Positions 10,060 through 18,851 of a DNA stretch of 64,000 bases are shown here, one piece after another (the first letter of the stretch is position 1; each line of letters opens with the position of its first letter). Source of the DNA: a plasmid; the sequence record NZ_CP118102.1; one strand, written 5' to 3'. The notes beneath the pieces were generated by a model that was given only the letters and a program-made list of their open reading frames with translations, did no database searches and had not been told where the DNA came from. Both the position numbers and the translations under genes were made by a program.

Positions 10060-10330
10060 CTCAAAATATGAGATAGGGTCTCTCAACATCTGATCCAAAC
10101 TCTCTCAAATCTTCAGAGAGGGCCTCTCAGTTATTGACTAGCGAATAGGCCTTTCAAAATTTGAAAGGCAGCTTCTCGAAAATTGAGAGGCGAGATTTAT
10201 TAGTTAAACCGCCTCTCAAAAATTGAGAGACGACGCTTTTCAAATTTTTATACCCCGCTACTCAAATTTTGAGAGGCGGCTTCTAAAAATTTGATAGTCG
10301 GCATTTCAGATTTTGAGAAGCGGACAATTA
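10060..10330. repeat. Array of about 9 degenerate 17-21-bp palindromes (consensus CTCTCAAAATTTGAGAG), spaced about 30 bp apart
   Basis: gcctttcaaaatttgaaaggc, cctctcaaaaattgagaga, ctactcaaattttgagagg and similar copies seen directly. Lies just 3' of the replication-initiator gene. Confidence 0.7.
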
Positions 10331-10337
10331 CATAAAA

Positions 10338-10361
10338 AAACAGACCATGAGGTCTGTTTTA
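10338..10361. terminator. Bidirectional Rho-independent terminator
   Basis: cagacc-atga-ggtctg hairpin flanked by an A-run and a T-run. Abuts the stop of the minus-strand replication-initiator gene. Confidence 0.6.
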
Positions 10362-11348
10362 CTAATCTAACTGTACACAATCAAAGTGTATCTCGCTGAT
10401 ATCGCAGGCAAAAGGCAAGACAATTTGTAAAATCGTATCTTTATACCGTTCTCTTAGCCAATCCCTTGTAAAGGGGACTGGAGAGTATACTGTAAGCACT
10501 TGTCCTCGCTTAATAGCAAAAGTATTTTTAAACCAAGTATCGAAAGAAGGACGGGAAAGAGTTGTACTTATTCCACTTAATACTTGATCCCATAACTTTG
10601 TGTCTTCATCGGTACGCTCTTGTTCGAGTAAGCTTATCTTGTTGAGTGTTTCCTTTTCCAATTGCAGCACTGATTTTTCTTTACGTACTACAGTGCCATG
10701 TTTAACAACATCATCATAAATCTCTAAGTAGTCAACGGCTGGGTTCAGGTTGAGAAATTGATCAAAATTCGCAACAATCCCCTGCATGTACTTATCGTGA
10801 TCAAGTTTTAATTCAGTCGGAAGCTGCTCATAGAGCTCCTGGGGCAGGAAAGGGACCTGCTTACGAACCTTATAGAGGGGACTTTCCTCCATATTATTCA
10901 TGTCTGCATTCTGAACATTGAAGACAAGTACGAAACCATATCGCTCAAGAGTGCCTAAAAACTTTTTAATCGTATTCCGACTCTTGTTCATTTTCAAGCT
11001 AATTAGTTTGAGATCTGGCCAGCAGTAATCTTTATCCCCATAGCAGTAGCGTTTCAAATGAGCGTATAGAGCCACACCCTCAGCACCGAGAAAATGACTC
11101 CAATAGTCAAAGATATAATTGCTCAGAATAGTAACGTGACCATCTACATAGGGAATAGGCTGCCCGTGCTTGTCTAAGCTGAACTTACGCACATTATCTT
11201 CTGTAATATAGATTTTCTCTAATTCTTTTTCGGTGTAGATTTGTTCAACACCGTCGACTTTTCTCACTTTAGGTGTCTCTGTACCCGTTGGCCTATACCG
11301 ATAATACATTAACTTATGTTGTGTACCTTTTAGATTCTTGTTGATCAT
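10362..11348 (-). CDS. Putative replication initiator or replisome organiser: winged-helix N-terminal region plus a C-terminal domain resembling DnaA domain I
   Basis: C-terminal 'SFDTWFKNTFAIKRGQVLTVYSPVPFTRDWLRERYKDTILQIV' resembles DnaA_N. RBS AGAGGAG present. Confidence 0.55.
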   Translation of the reverse strand: MINKNLKGTQHKLMYYRYRPTGTETPKVRKVDGVEQIYTEKELEKIYITEDNVRKFSLDKHGQPIPYVDGHVTILSNYIFDYWSHFLGAEGVALYAHLKRYCYGDKDYCWPDLKLISLKMNKSRNTIKKFLGTLERYGFVLVFNVQNADMNNMEESPLYKVRKQVPFLPQELYEQLPTELKLDHDKYMQGIVANFDQFLNLNPAVDYLEIYDDVVKHGTVVRKEKSVLQLEKETLNKISLLEQERTDEDTKLWDQVLSGISTTLSRPSFDTWFKNTFAIKRGQVLTVYSPVPFTRDWLRERYKDTILQIVLPFACDISEIHFDCVQLD

Positions 11349-11761
11349 AAGAATACTCCTCTAACGCCCTATGAACAAAGCAGGTGACCTTCACAGAGTT
11401 TTGAGACTATGCTAAAATAGCCATAATCTAATTAATGTGAATGAAGTCCTTACTTCCTCACATTTACTGTCTTATGCTTGGCGGCCGCGGACAGCAAATG
11501 TTGACTAGAATGAGGGCTTTATTTTTTATGTAACAGTTATTGAATTCATTCTAATATATATATTAATATATTACCTTCAAAGTTCTACATATTTCCACTC
11601 CTTATTTTGTGACAGAAAAAGAAATTAAGAAGAATTGAAAAAAGCTATGTCGCATACTGTTTGTTTATTAATATTGTTTTGTTATTTAAAATGATTAACA
11701 AATTGATTGCTTGTTTACAGGTCTATGAATCTATTGAATTGACGGGCTTTCTAGCACTTTG

Positions 11762-11892
11762 CTGTCACAAGATAAGGAGTTAACAGTCACAACTTGGGGA
11801 GTATAGATGTCACAGTTAGAGGAGTAAAGTATCACATTTGTAGGAGTGAGCCGTCACAATAAAAGGAGTAGAGGTGTCACAATTAGAGGAGT
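11762..11892. repeat. Iteron array, minus orientation (6 copies of TGTCACAnnnnnnnGGAGT)
   Basis: Regularly spaced copies, about 22 bp apart, read directly from the sequence. Confidence 0.75.
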
Positions 11893-11998
11893 AGATATAG
11901 TAAAACTTCACCCAATTCGTTACCGATTATATATATACGAATGATTTCTTCTCTGATCTTGGTCTAGGTTGTTTCAAAGTGATACTGATATAAAATTT

Positions 11999-12435
11999 AC
12001 TCCTTTTATTGTGACAGTAAGGGTTGATTACTCCTAATTTTGTGACACTTGTGATTGGATACTCCCTACACTGTGACAGCTAGGAAATGATAATTATGAA
12101 AACAACTCCTTTATTTGTGACAGACAAAGGCCGATTCCTGCAAATTTGATGGCATACGTAAAGAAAGTCACCAGGTAATGTGTTTTACTCCTAAGTTTGT
12201 GACAGAAAGTAAATACTACTCCTTAAAATGTGATAGTTTGCTTTATTTACTCCTTTATTTGTGACAGCTAAGCGTATATGATTCAAAAAACTCCTCGTTA
12301 TGTGACAGAAAACTAGAAAGAGACTCCTCATTATGTGATAATTACGTTCTAGAAAGCATAAAAGCACTCTATTATAAGAAAGAAAATTCAACTCTTTAGC
12401 AATGTTCGGTTAAAAAACTCCTCTTTTTGTGACAG
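11999..12435. repeat. Iteron array, plus orientation (10 copies, consensus ACTCCTTTATTTGTGACAG), ending at the Rep_3 gene promoter/RBS
   Basis: Direct repeats seen. An AT-rich 100-bp spacer (11893-11998) separates the two opposed arrays. Probable theta-replication origin. Confidence 0.75.
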
Positions 12436-12542
12436 AAGTTCAGTTACTGAAGGAAGTTATTTACTTTTATCTGTCACATATAAAGGAGTGGAAAATCAGT
12501 AACCGGTTATTTATAGTAATTTTAAAGGGAGGGTTAAGAGAA

Positions 12543-13778
12543 ATGAAAGCAGAGCAGTTAGAATTCGACCTAGAACCAACATCTATTTCACCCGAGTACA
12601 TCGTTACGAAATCAAATGCATTGATCGAAATGCCTCTTAACCTGGACCTGCAGGAATCACGAGTAATCTATACACTTATATCCTTGATTCAACCAGACGA
12701 TGAGGATTTTAAAACTCATTTTGTTAAAGTGAAAGAATTTGCTGATATTCTAGATCTGCAGGAAAAGAACTTCTATAAGAAAATAAGAGAAGTTGTAACT
12801 GGGCTGCAGCGAAAAACACTCGTTATCCGTGAAAATAATGGGGAATCAGAGCTAGTGGTAAACTGGCTTTCCGCGTCTCGTTATCACCATCGGAAAGGTG
12901 TAGTTGAATTAGAGTTCTCGCCTCAGTTGAAGCCTTACCTACTGAAGCTTAAGAAGGACTTTACCCGATATAAATTAGCTAACGTTCTGGTCCTTAGAAG
13001 TAAATACTCGATTCGGATGTATGAACTGCTGAAACGTTATCTCAATTTTGGAAAGAGAAGGTTCACACTTGAGCAGCTTCGTAACTTACTCGAGATTGAA
13101 CCAGGCAAATTAACGCATTATGGACACCTAAAGCAGCGGGTACTTTTAAAAACACAAGAGGAGCTGGCTGAGAAGACCGATATTTCTTTTGATTTTGAGG
13201 AGACAAAAGTCGGACATAAGGTAGTCGCAATTACTTGTTACATAAAACAAAATCACCGTAAAAAGTTGCTGCAAAAGGATCCTGATTTATTTGAAGAAGG
13301 TGTCACAGCGATATCTTTATTGACTCGCTTCGGTGTAAGAAAGTCTGTTGCTGAAGACTTACTTAAAACATTTGGCGAAAAGAGAGTCAAAGCCAATATT
13401 CAGTATGTTTATGAGACTAAACAAGAGGCGAGCATTGACAATATAAGCGGTTATATGGTTAAAGCAATCCGGGAGGATTTTGTGAATAACGGAGCAGGAT
13501 ATGAGGAGGAAGATCTTTATGATTTTGAGACATCGATTCCTCATTTGAATGCCCGCTTGCGCCGGCTGATTGAAAATCATCAGGAAAAGATGGATCAGGC
13601 GAAAAAGTCTGAAGAGAAAAAAATGCGTAGTGACATGACTCAAGCGGTTGTTGATGAAATTCACAGAACACTTGAAATACGCAGGAGCCGAAATCTTCGG
13701 CCACTTGATCCGGAGGATTTTGAGCAGAAGTATGTACGAGAGCTGTATGAATACTTATTGGAGCACCCCTATGTATGA
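12543..13778 (+). CDS. Rep_3-family (RepB-like, iteron-binding) plasmid replication initiator
   Basis: 'SKYSIRMYELLKRYLNFGKRRFTLEQLRNLLEIEP...HLKQRVLLKTQEEL' is the Rep_3 signature. RBS AAAGGGAGGG. The upstream in-frame extension from 12429 covers the iterons and is rejected as the start. Confidence 0.75.
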   Translation: MKAEQLEFDLEPTSISPEYIVTKSNALIEMPLNLDLQESRVIYTLISLIQPDDEDFKTHFVKVKEFADILDLQEKNFYKKIREVVTGLQRKTLVIRENNGESELVVNWLSASRYHHRKGVVELEFSPQLKPYLLKLKKDFTRYKLANVLVLRSKYSIRMYELLKRYLNFGKRRFTLEQLRNLLEIEPGKLTHYGHLKQRVLLKTQEELAEKTDISFDFEETKVGHKVVAITCYIKQNHRKKLLQKDPDLFEEGVTAISLLTRFGVRKSVAEDLLKTFGEKRVKANIQYVYETKQEASIDNISGYMVKAIREDFVNNGAGYEEEDLYDFETSIPHLNARLRRLIENHQEKMDQAKKSEEKKMRSDMTQAVVDEIHRTLEIRRSRNLRPLDPEDFEQKYVRELYEYLLEHPYV

Positions 13779-14881
13779 TTGGGGTGCTTTTTCTTTCGAT
13801 TATTGCTTACAAAACCATGGATATCATTGATAATCTTGTCCTTAGCCTTGAGCCAAAGCTGAAGAGTGTTCCTTTCGTATCCATTGTCTTCGCAGTACTG
13901 TCTAAATTCCTTTTCTATCACAAATTGAGGAGTCACACTGGTAATATTCCTGAAGGGATCCAGGAAGCCACGAATCAGCAGGTATTCTTCAGGTCTCAGT
14001 CCGTTTATTACTTGTCCAAAGTTTTCAGTCTCAATAAGTTTTGATAAATACGGCACCGGCTGCCGGATTGATCCAATTCGAGTTTGAACATAATCAAGTG
14101 CAACAATAAAAGCATATTCTCCTTTTTGCAGCCACTTGGAATAGAGGTCCGGAGTAAGCTTGGCATCAATGAACTTTGTGAAAAGCTTGGCTTGATCCAA
14201 AAAGTAGTCCTGGTTGATATCCAGGTGAGCATGCGAGATGGAACGGGATAGTTGGATTTGCAAACTATTTATTCGATTTCCTGATTTTTGCTCGATGAAA
14301 TTTATCGACAAGCCAAGGAGAGATTTAATTTCTTCAGAAGCTGGCACCAGTATCCTTGCTTTAAAGTTAGCATAGCGTGGGTATTGATCATGTACATCTA
14401 ACATCTCTCTTAATTCTTCGATAGTAACAATATCACCGTTCCACACGCTGTCACGAACAAGAGTATACAATTTGATAGTAAAAGTACTTTTGGCTTTCAG
14501 CAGTAAGTTTATTTCATCGGTATTAAACATTTTGGCGAGTCTAAGAAACAGAATTTCTATGGCAGCATGCATCTTGAAGCTAATTACTTGGGATCTGCTA
14601 GGAATCTCGATATTTTCAATCAACCTTTTCTCGAATTCTAGAGACCGCTCTTGCACTAAGATTTCGGTTTCGGCCAGTTGGATAAAAGTCGATTTTAACT
14701 CTGTATATTTAATATTTTTATGGTTCATTCTCTCAGATAAATCGGAAAGTCTGATGACATATTGATGCAATGGAGAAATGTTCCAACGAATCAAGTCTGT
14801 AAGCCAAAGTAGAATCTTGATTTCAGTGAGGGTAAGTTTCTTTAATCGATTATTTGAGAACTTTTCAAAAAACATATACAT
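13769..14881 (-). CDS. Second Rep_3-family replication initiator, convergent with the first
   Basis: 'FTIKLYTLVRDSVWNGDIVTIEELREMLDVHDQYPRYANFKARILVPASEEI' matches the Rep_3 core. SD GAGGTGG before the ATG at 14881. Confidence 0.6.
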   Translation of the reverse strand: MYMFFEKFSNNRLKKLTLTEIKILLWLTDLIRWNISPLHQYVIRLSDLSERMNHKNIKYTELKSTFIQLAETEILVQERSLEFEKRLIENIEIPSRSQVISFKMHAAIEILFLRLAKMFNTDEINLLLKAKSTFTIKLYTLVRDSVWNGDIVTIEELREMLDVHDQYPRYANFKARILVPASEEIKSLLGLSINFIEQKSGNRINSLQIQLSRSISHAHLDINQDYFLDQAKLFTKFIDAKLTPDLYSKWLQKGEYAFIVALDYVQTRIGSIRQPVPYLSKLIETENFGQVINGLRPEEYLLIRGFLDPFRNITSVTPQFVIEKEFRQYCEDNGYERNTLQLWLKAKDKIINDIHGFVSNNRKKKHPNHT

Positions 14882-15174
14882 ATTCACCACCTCACTGGCT
14901 ATTATATCTAAACCTCAAACATTTTGATACTCGACCAGTAACTACATATTTGCGTCTTCCTGCCATAAATCTATGTAATATCCAGAAACTAATAAATGGT
15001 ATATTTTATGTATTGATAAATGTTATGTATATGTATTAATATTCTACTGCTTGCCATATATTACTCACTGAGTAATATGTTTCATAGTAAATTATATTTA
15101 ATAAAGGTTATGAATTAGCACAACATAAACACGATAAATATGGTAGGAAAAGATAAGTTTGGAGGTTTTTAAGA

Positions 15175-15549
15175 ATGAATAAAAAAGAGTTTGAGGCTGT
15201 AATTAATTTACCATCAAATGTTCGATACGAATATTTTATAAAAAAAGTAGCTGATTATGAAGAAGTATGGGGGCTGTATGATAACGGATGGGCTGTAACA
15301 TCAGACCCAAACGGGAATTTATTACTTCCTTTCTGGCCTAAGAAAGAATTTGCAGAGGCATGTGCAATTGAGGATTGGAAGAATTATAAAGCTGAATCTA
15401 TTGATCTAAGTGGATTTATTGAAGAATTCTTGCCACAATTAAAAGAAGATGGTATCAAACCTTCTATTTTCTTTAATAATGATGATTCAGCCGTGCTGGA
15501 AGTTAACACTTTGATCGAGGATATTGAGACTGAATTAGAAAAATATTAA
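15175..15549 (+). CDS. Hypothetical protein (DUF2750-like)
   Basis: ORF with a good RBS. Family assignment from memory only. Confidence 0.35.
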   Translation: MNKKEFEAVINLPSNVRYEYFIKKVADYEEVWGLYDNGWAVTSDPNGNLLLPFWPKKEFAEACAIEDWKNYKAESIDLSGFIEEFLPQLKEDGIKPSIFFNNDDSAVLEVNTLIEDIETELEKY

Positions 15550-15567
15550 TCTAGATGAGTAACACAA

Positions 15568-15599
15568 GTCACCGATCAAATAATGATCGGTGACTTTTT
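15568..15599 (+). terminator. Rho-independent terminator
   Basis: gtcaccgatc-aaataat-gatcggtgac hairpin followed by TTTTT. Confidence 0.7.
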
Positions 15600-15876
15600 A
15601 TAATTACAAACATATAAATATCTTTTTTCTATTGATATTAAATGCTATAATCTAACCAACAGATATGTATTACATTAATTTTCTCTGCTGTCTTACATTT
15701 CGGTGGAGTGGGAGTAGCTGTATTAATGGCAAATAGATAGTTGGATTGCTGGTGCATGCGGTATAAGTATGTACTTTTTTTGCGTCCATTTTTGTGAGCT
15801 CATCGATAGATGAGCTCTTTTTTTATGCCCATAGGAGATTAAAAACAACAGGTTTCATAAAGAAAGGGGTTAATTC

Positions 15877-17127
15877 ATGAGATTACGTAGAACTAGACAT
15901 GCTGATTGGTTTGAGATTATGTCGCTGTGCCCGATCTGTGGAAAGAAAGGGTGGTGTGCGATCAATAAGGATCAGACCATTGTTCATTGCATGCGAGTAC
16001 CATCGGATAAATACAAAGATTCAGATATTGGTCGGCAATATACACATTATTTAACGGAGAGTGCACCGCGGGAGCGAATTGAAATTGAGCTATCCAATGC
16101 GGTAGAGAAGCGATCAAATGACCATCTGAATCATGTATACCGTACCTTTACTAAAGAAGTCCCTCTGTCTACAAAGCACGCAAGTCACTTACGTAGCGAC
16201 CGAATGATGGACGAGGACTCAATACGAATGAGAGAATATCGGACAATGCCAGAAAGGGACCGTTATAAAGTCGCTAAAGGGATGATAGGGCGATTAAGCA
16301 GCGAAAATGACTTACTAGGTGTTCCAGGATTTTTTGCAGCTGAGGGTCGCTATGGAGCATACTGGACGATAGCTGGGAATACGGGTCTAATGGTTCCGTA
16401 TCGATCAATCCGTAATGAAATCACTGGCTGGCAAATTCGTGTAGATAAACCACCGCTCGAGTTGTCGATGCAGGGTTCTATAAAAGGTGAAATTATGGAG
16501 GAGGTTGAGCCACTTCCTAATGGCTTGAGACGAGCTAAATGCTCACTCCAAGTCCAGGATAAAACACTTGAAGTAATTCTTACTGAAAAGGATAAGAAGA
16601 TATGTCATTCCAAGTCCGGTCAGTTTGTCTTCAGTGTAAAACTTGAGCAGGGTACCAAGTACTGGTGGTGGAGCAGCGGATCTAAAATGAATGGTGCTTC
16701 TATAGGGGGGCCACTGCCGGTTCATTTGGCTCTTCCTTATCCATGTCTCCCATATTGGAAAACAGGGGAGGATCCCAGCGATATTATCGACTGTTCAGAG
16801 GTATGGGTGACAGAGGGAGCACTAAAAGCAGATCTTGCAGCTGATCTAATGGTAAAGCCGTTCTTCGCCGTTCCTGGAACGGGAGCTTTTAGATTAGCCC
16901 TTGAACCATTAAAGGAGCTCGGCTGCAAACATGTCGTTTTAGCCTTTGACGCCGACGCAGTTACAACTCCTGAAGTACAACGTTCTCTAGAGCTATGCGC
17001 AGAGTTTTTTGCAAAAGAAAGCGATATGGCACTAAGCCTTGCAATGTGGGACGTTTCATTAGGAAAGGGAATTGATGATCTACTGCGGGCAAATTATGTT
17101 CCTCAGGTGTCTTCTTTATTGAGTTAA
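15877..17127 (+). CDS. Primase-like protein: N-terminal zinc ribbon plus C-terminal TOPRIM domain
   Basis: 'CPICGKKGWCA...HC' zinc finger. 'VWVTEGALKADL...VLAFDADA' matches the TOPRIM E...DxD pattern. Confidence 0.55.
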   Translation: MRLRRTRHADWFEIMSLCPICGKKGWCAINKDQTIVHCMRVPSDKYKDSDIGRQYTHYLTESAPRERIEIELSNAVEKRSNDHLNHVYRTFTKEVPLSTKHASHLRSDRMMDEDSIRMREYRTMPERDRYKVAKGMIGRLSSENDLLGVPGFFAAEGRYGAYWTIAGNTGLMVPYRSIRNEITGWQIRVDKPPLELSMQGSIKGEIMEEVEPLPNGLRRAKCSLQVQDKTLEVILTEKDKKICHSKSGQFVFSVKLEQGTKYWWWSSGSKMNGASIGGPLPVHLALPYPCLPYWKTGEDPSDIIDCSEVWVTEGALKADLAADLMVKPFFAVPGTGAFRLALEPLKELGCKHVVLAFDADAVTTPEVQRSLELCAEFFAKESDMALSLAMWDVSLGKGIDDLLRANYVPQVSSLLS

Positions 17128-17450
17128 GGCTTTGTGTGGCAGGGAGTTCAAAATTAACTATAGAAAGAACAACATTAATATGAAAAAAATAGAATCTGTG
17201 GATGACGTAACAAAAATAAATCAGGGAGTGGTTAAAGCAGAGGGGATGCAGTTTAGCAATGTTGAGCTACTCTTAATCGAAAGTGCTCTATAGAGGAATC
17301 TGGATTTTTTATCGGTCCGGGTCAACGTTTATATGACAAAGTACGTAGTCATCTAGAGCCACAATGTTACAGATTTAACGAGACTGGTTCGTACTATCGG
17401 GTTATGTAGGATCGGTACAAATAAAAGAAGCATAAAAGGGTGATAAAAAC

Positions 17451-17780
17451 ATGCCAACTTGTATAAAATGTGGCTTTTACGATGATATAGATGCTGATTT
17501 TTTAACAAAGAAAAAAGATATCTGTATAAGTTGCGGACCACATATTTTAGTAGAATTCATCGTTAGTGATAAGCTCGGTAAATATGTGAATGTACATATC
17601 AAGAACCTCCTGGATTATAGTGGAGATGACGATGCAACTTTCTATAGTGAAAGTAAACACTCTTACAAAAAAGATGCAATTGATTACGCTAAGCAAGCTG
17701 CTGATAAAAACCAGAGGAATTTAATCATTTTGTACAGGGGAATCAGCCCTTGGTTGGCAGATAAAGAGTTGAGCATTTAG
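17451..17780 (+). CDS. Hypothetical zinc-ribbon protein
   Basis: CxxC...CxxC near the N-terminus. ORF with an RBS. Confidence 0.3.
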   Translation: MPTCIKCGFYDDIDADFLTKKKDICISCGPHILVEFIVSDKLGKYVNVHIKNLLDYSGDDDATFYSESKHSYKKDAIDYAKQAADKNQRNLIILYRGISPWLADKELSI

Positions 17781-17796
17781 GTCAGGAGAAGATAGC

Positions 17797-18036
17797 ATGC
17801 AATTTCAAATAAAACAAGTAGGTCGGCGCTGGTTTAAAGTCGAGGTTTTAGAGCCCATAGATGGCAGCAGGTCCTATTATGATAGAGGAAAAGCGGAAGC
17901 CAGTTTTAGTGTTAATCTTGAGTCATCGAATAGGAAATGGACGATCACAGGCACTGGATCAAGAGCTTACCGGAAAGAAATGATACAAGAATTAGAAAAT
18001 TATGTTGAGCTGCACGAACCATGGATTGAAGAGTAG
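17797..18036 (+). CDS. Hypothetical protein
   Basis: ORF with RBS GGAGAAG. No recognisable motif. Confidence 0.3.
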   Translation: MQFQIKQVGRRWFKVEVLEPIDGSRSYYDRGKAEASFSVNLESSNRKWTITGTGSRAYRKEMIQELENYVELHEPWIEE

Positions 18037-18120
18037 CAGCGGTGTTATATGTCCAGGTTTCATTCCGGGACAATTCTAATGTACTCATTAAACAAAATAT
18101 CGGGTTATAAAAGAATGAAA

Positions 18121-18147
18121 GCGAGGACAAGACGTCCTCGCTTTTTT
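18121..18147 (+). terminator. Rho-independent terminator
   Basis: gcgaggac-aagac-gtcctcgc hairpin followed by TTTTTT. Confidence 0.65.
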
Positions 18148-18216
18148 GACTTTTTGAGATGACTATTTTCGACAACAATTCTAACCTTTATACCATAAAT
18201 AGAGTCGTAATATATG

Positions 18217-18690
18217 CTAGGATATTTGTAAAGTTCGTAATGGAACTGAAGTACTTATAACTACTTGAGCTGTGGAAACACGCTCAATACATACAAATTC
18301 TTCTGGCGTTGCTGTATTGTTATTTTTTCTGTACGTTACTTCATTTTGTAGAACGATTCTTGCTTTCCTTTTGACATCTTCAAGAGATGGACTTTGGACT
18401 CGAATACGGAATCCTGGAATATAAGCTGTATAGTGATTTTTATCTCTATTGGATTCATACAAAACAGGGAACTTGGTTCCACCCATAAGAAGAGTTTCGG
18501 TACTAGCGTTATCGTCTGGAATTAGGCTGCCAGCATCGATAAGCGATGAAATTTCATGATTTAGAATTTCTTGAGTAATTTCACGTGCTTCTTCGTAAGT
18601 ATCACCGATGATGTCCATGTTTAGAGCAGGTATGTAAGCTACAACATTCGACGTAGCTCGATCTCCTTCGTAAATTACTATATAAGACAC
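18217..18690 (-). CDS. Tandem HicB-like (UPF0150) domain protein
   Basis: Two repeats of the 'Y.AYIP...G.T.EEA...EIL' HicB N-terminal-domain pattern. GTG start with [10 protein letters not shown]. No HicA gene nearby. Confidence 0.5.
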   Translation of the reverse strand: MSYIVIYEGDRATSNVVAYIPALNMDIIGDTYEEAREITQEILNHEISSLIDAGSLIPDDNASTETLLMGGTKFPVLYESNRDKNHYTAYIPGFRIRVQSPSLEDVKRKARIVLQNEVTYRKNNNTATPEEFVCIERVSTAQVVISTSVPLRTLQIS

Positions 18691-18851
18691 AGAATAATGC
18701 CCCCCCTTTTGCCTGATTGCGAACGTTCTACTTGAAGTTTATAACAAATTTGTTAACAGTGGAATATTAATGGCCTAAAATGGAGATTAAACGACCTGAA
18801 ATGTAAATTATGTAGGTAAAAGGAGGCAGGACTTAGGAAGGATATGTTTTT

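Noticed and set aside
12429-12542. Upstream extension of the Rep_3 ORF
   Set aside because: The extension is translated from the iteron array. A strong RBS (AAAGGGAGGG) precedes the ATG at 12543, which starts the conserved Rep_3 sequence.
18691-18851. HicA toxin partner for the HicB-like gene
   Set aside because: No small ORF with an RBS was seen on either strand in the flanking intergenic regions. A sub-60-aa gene cannot be fully excluded.
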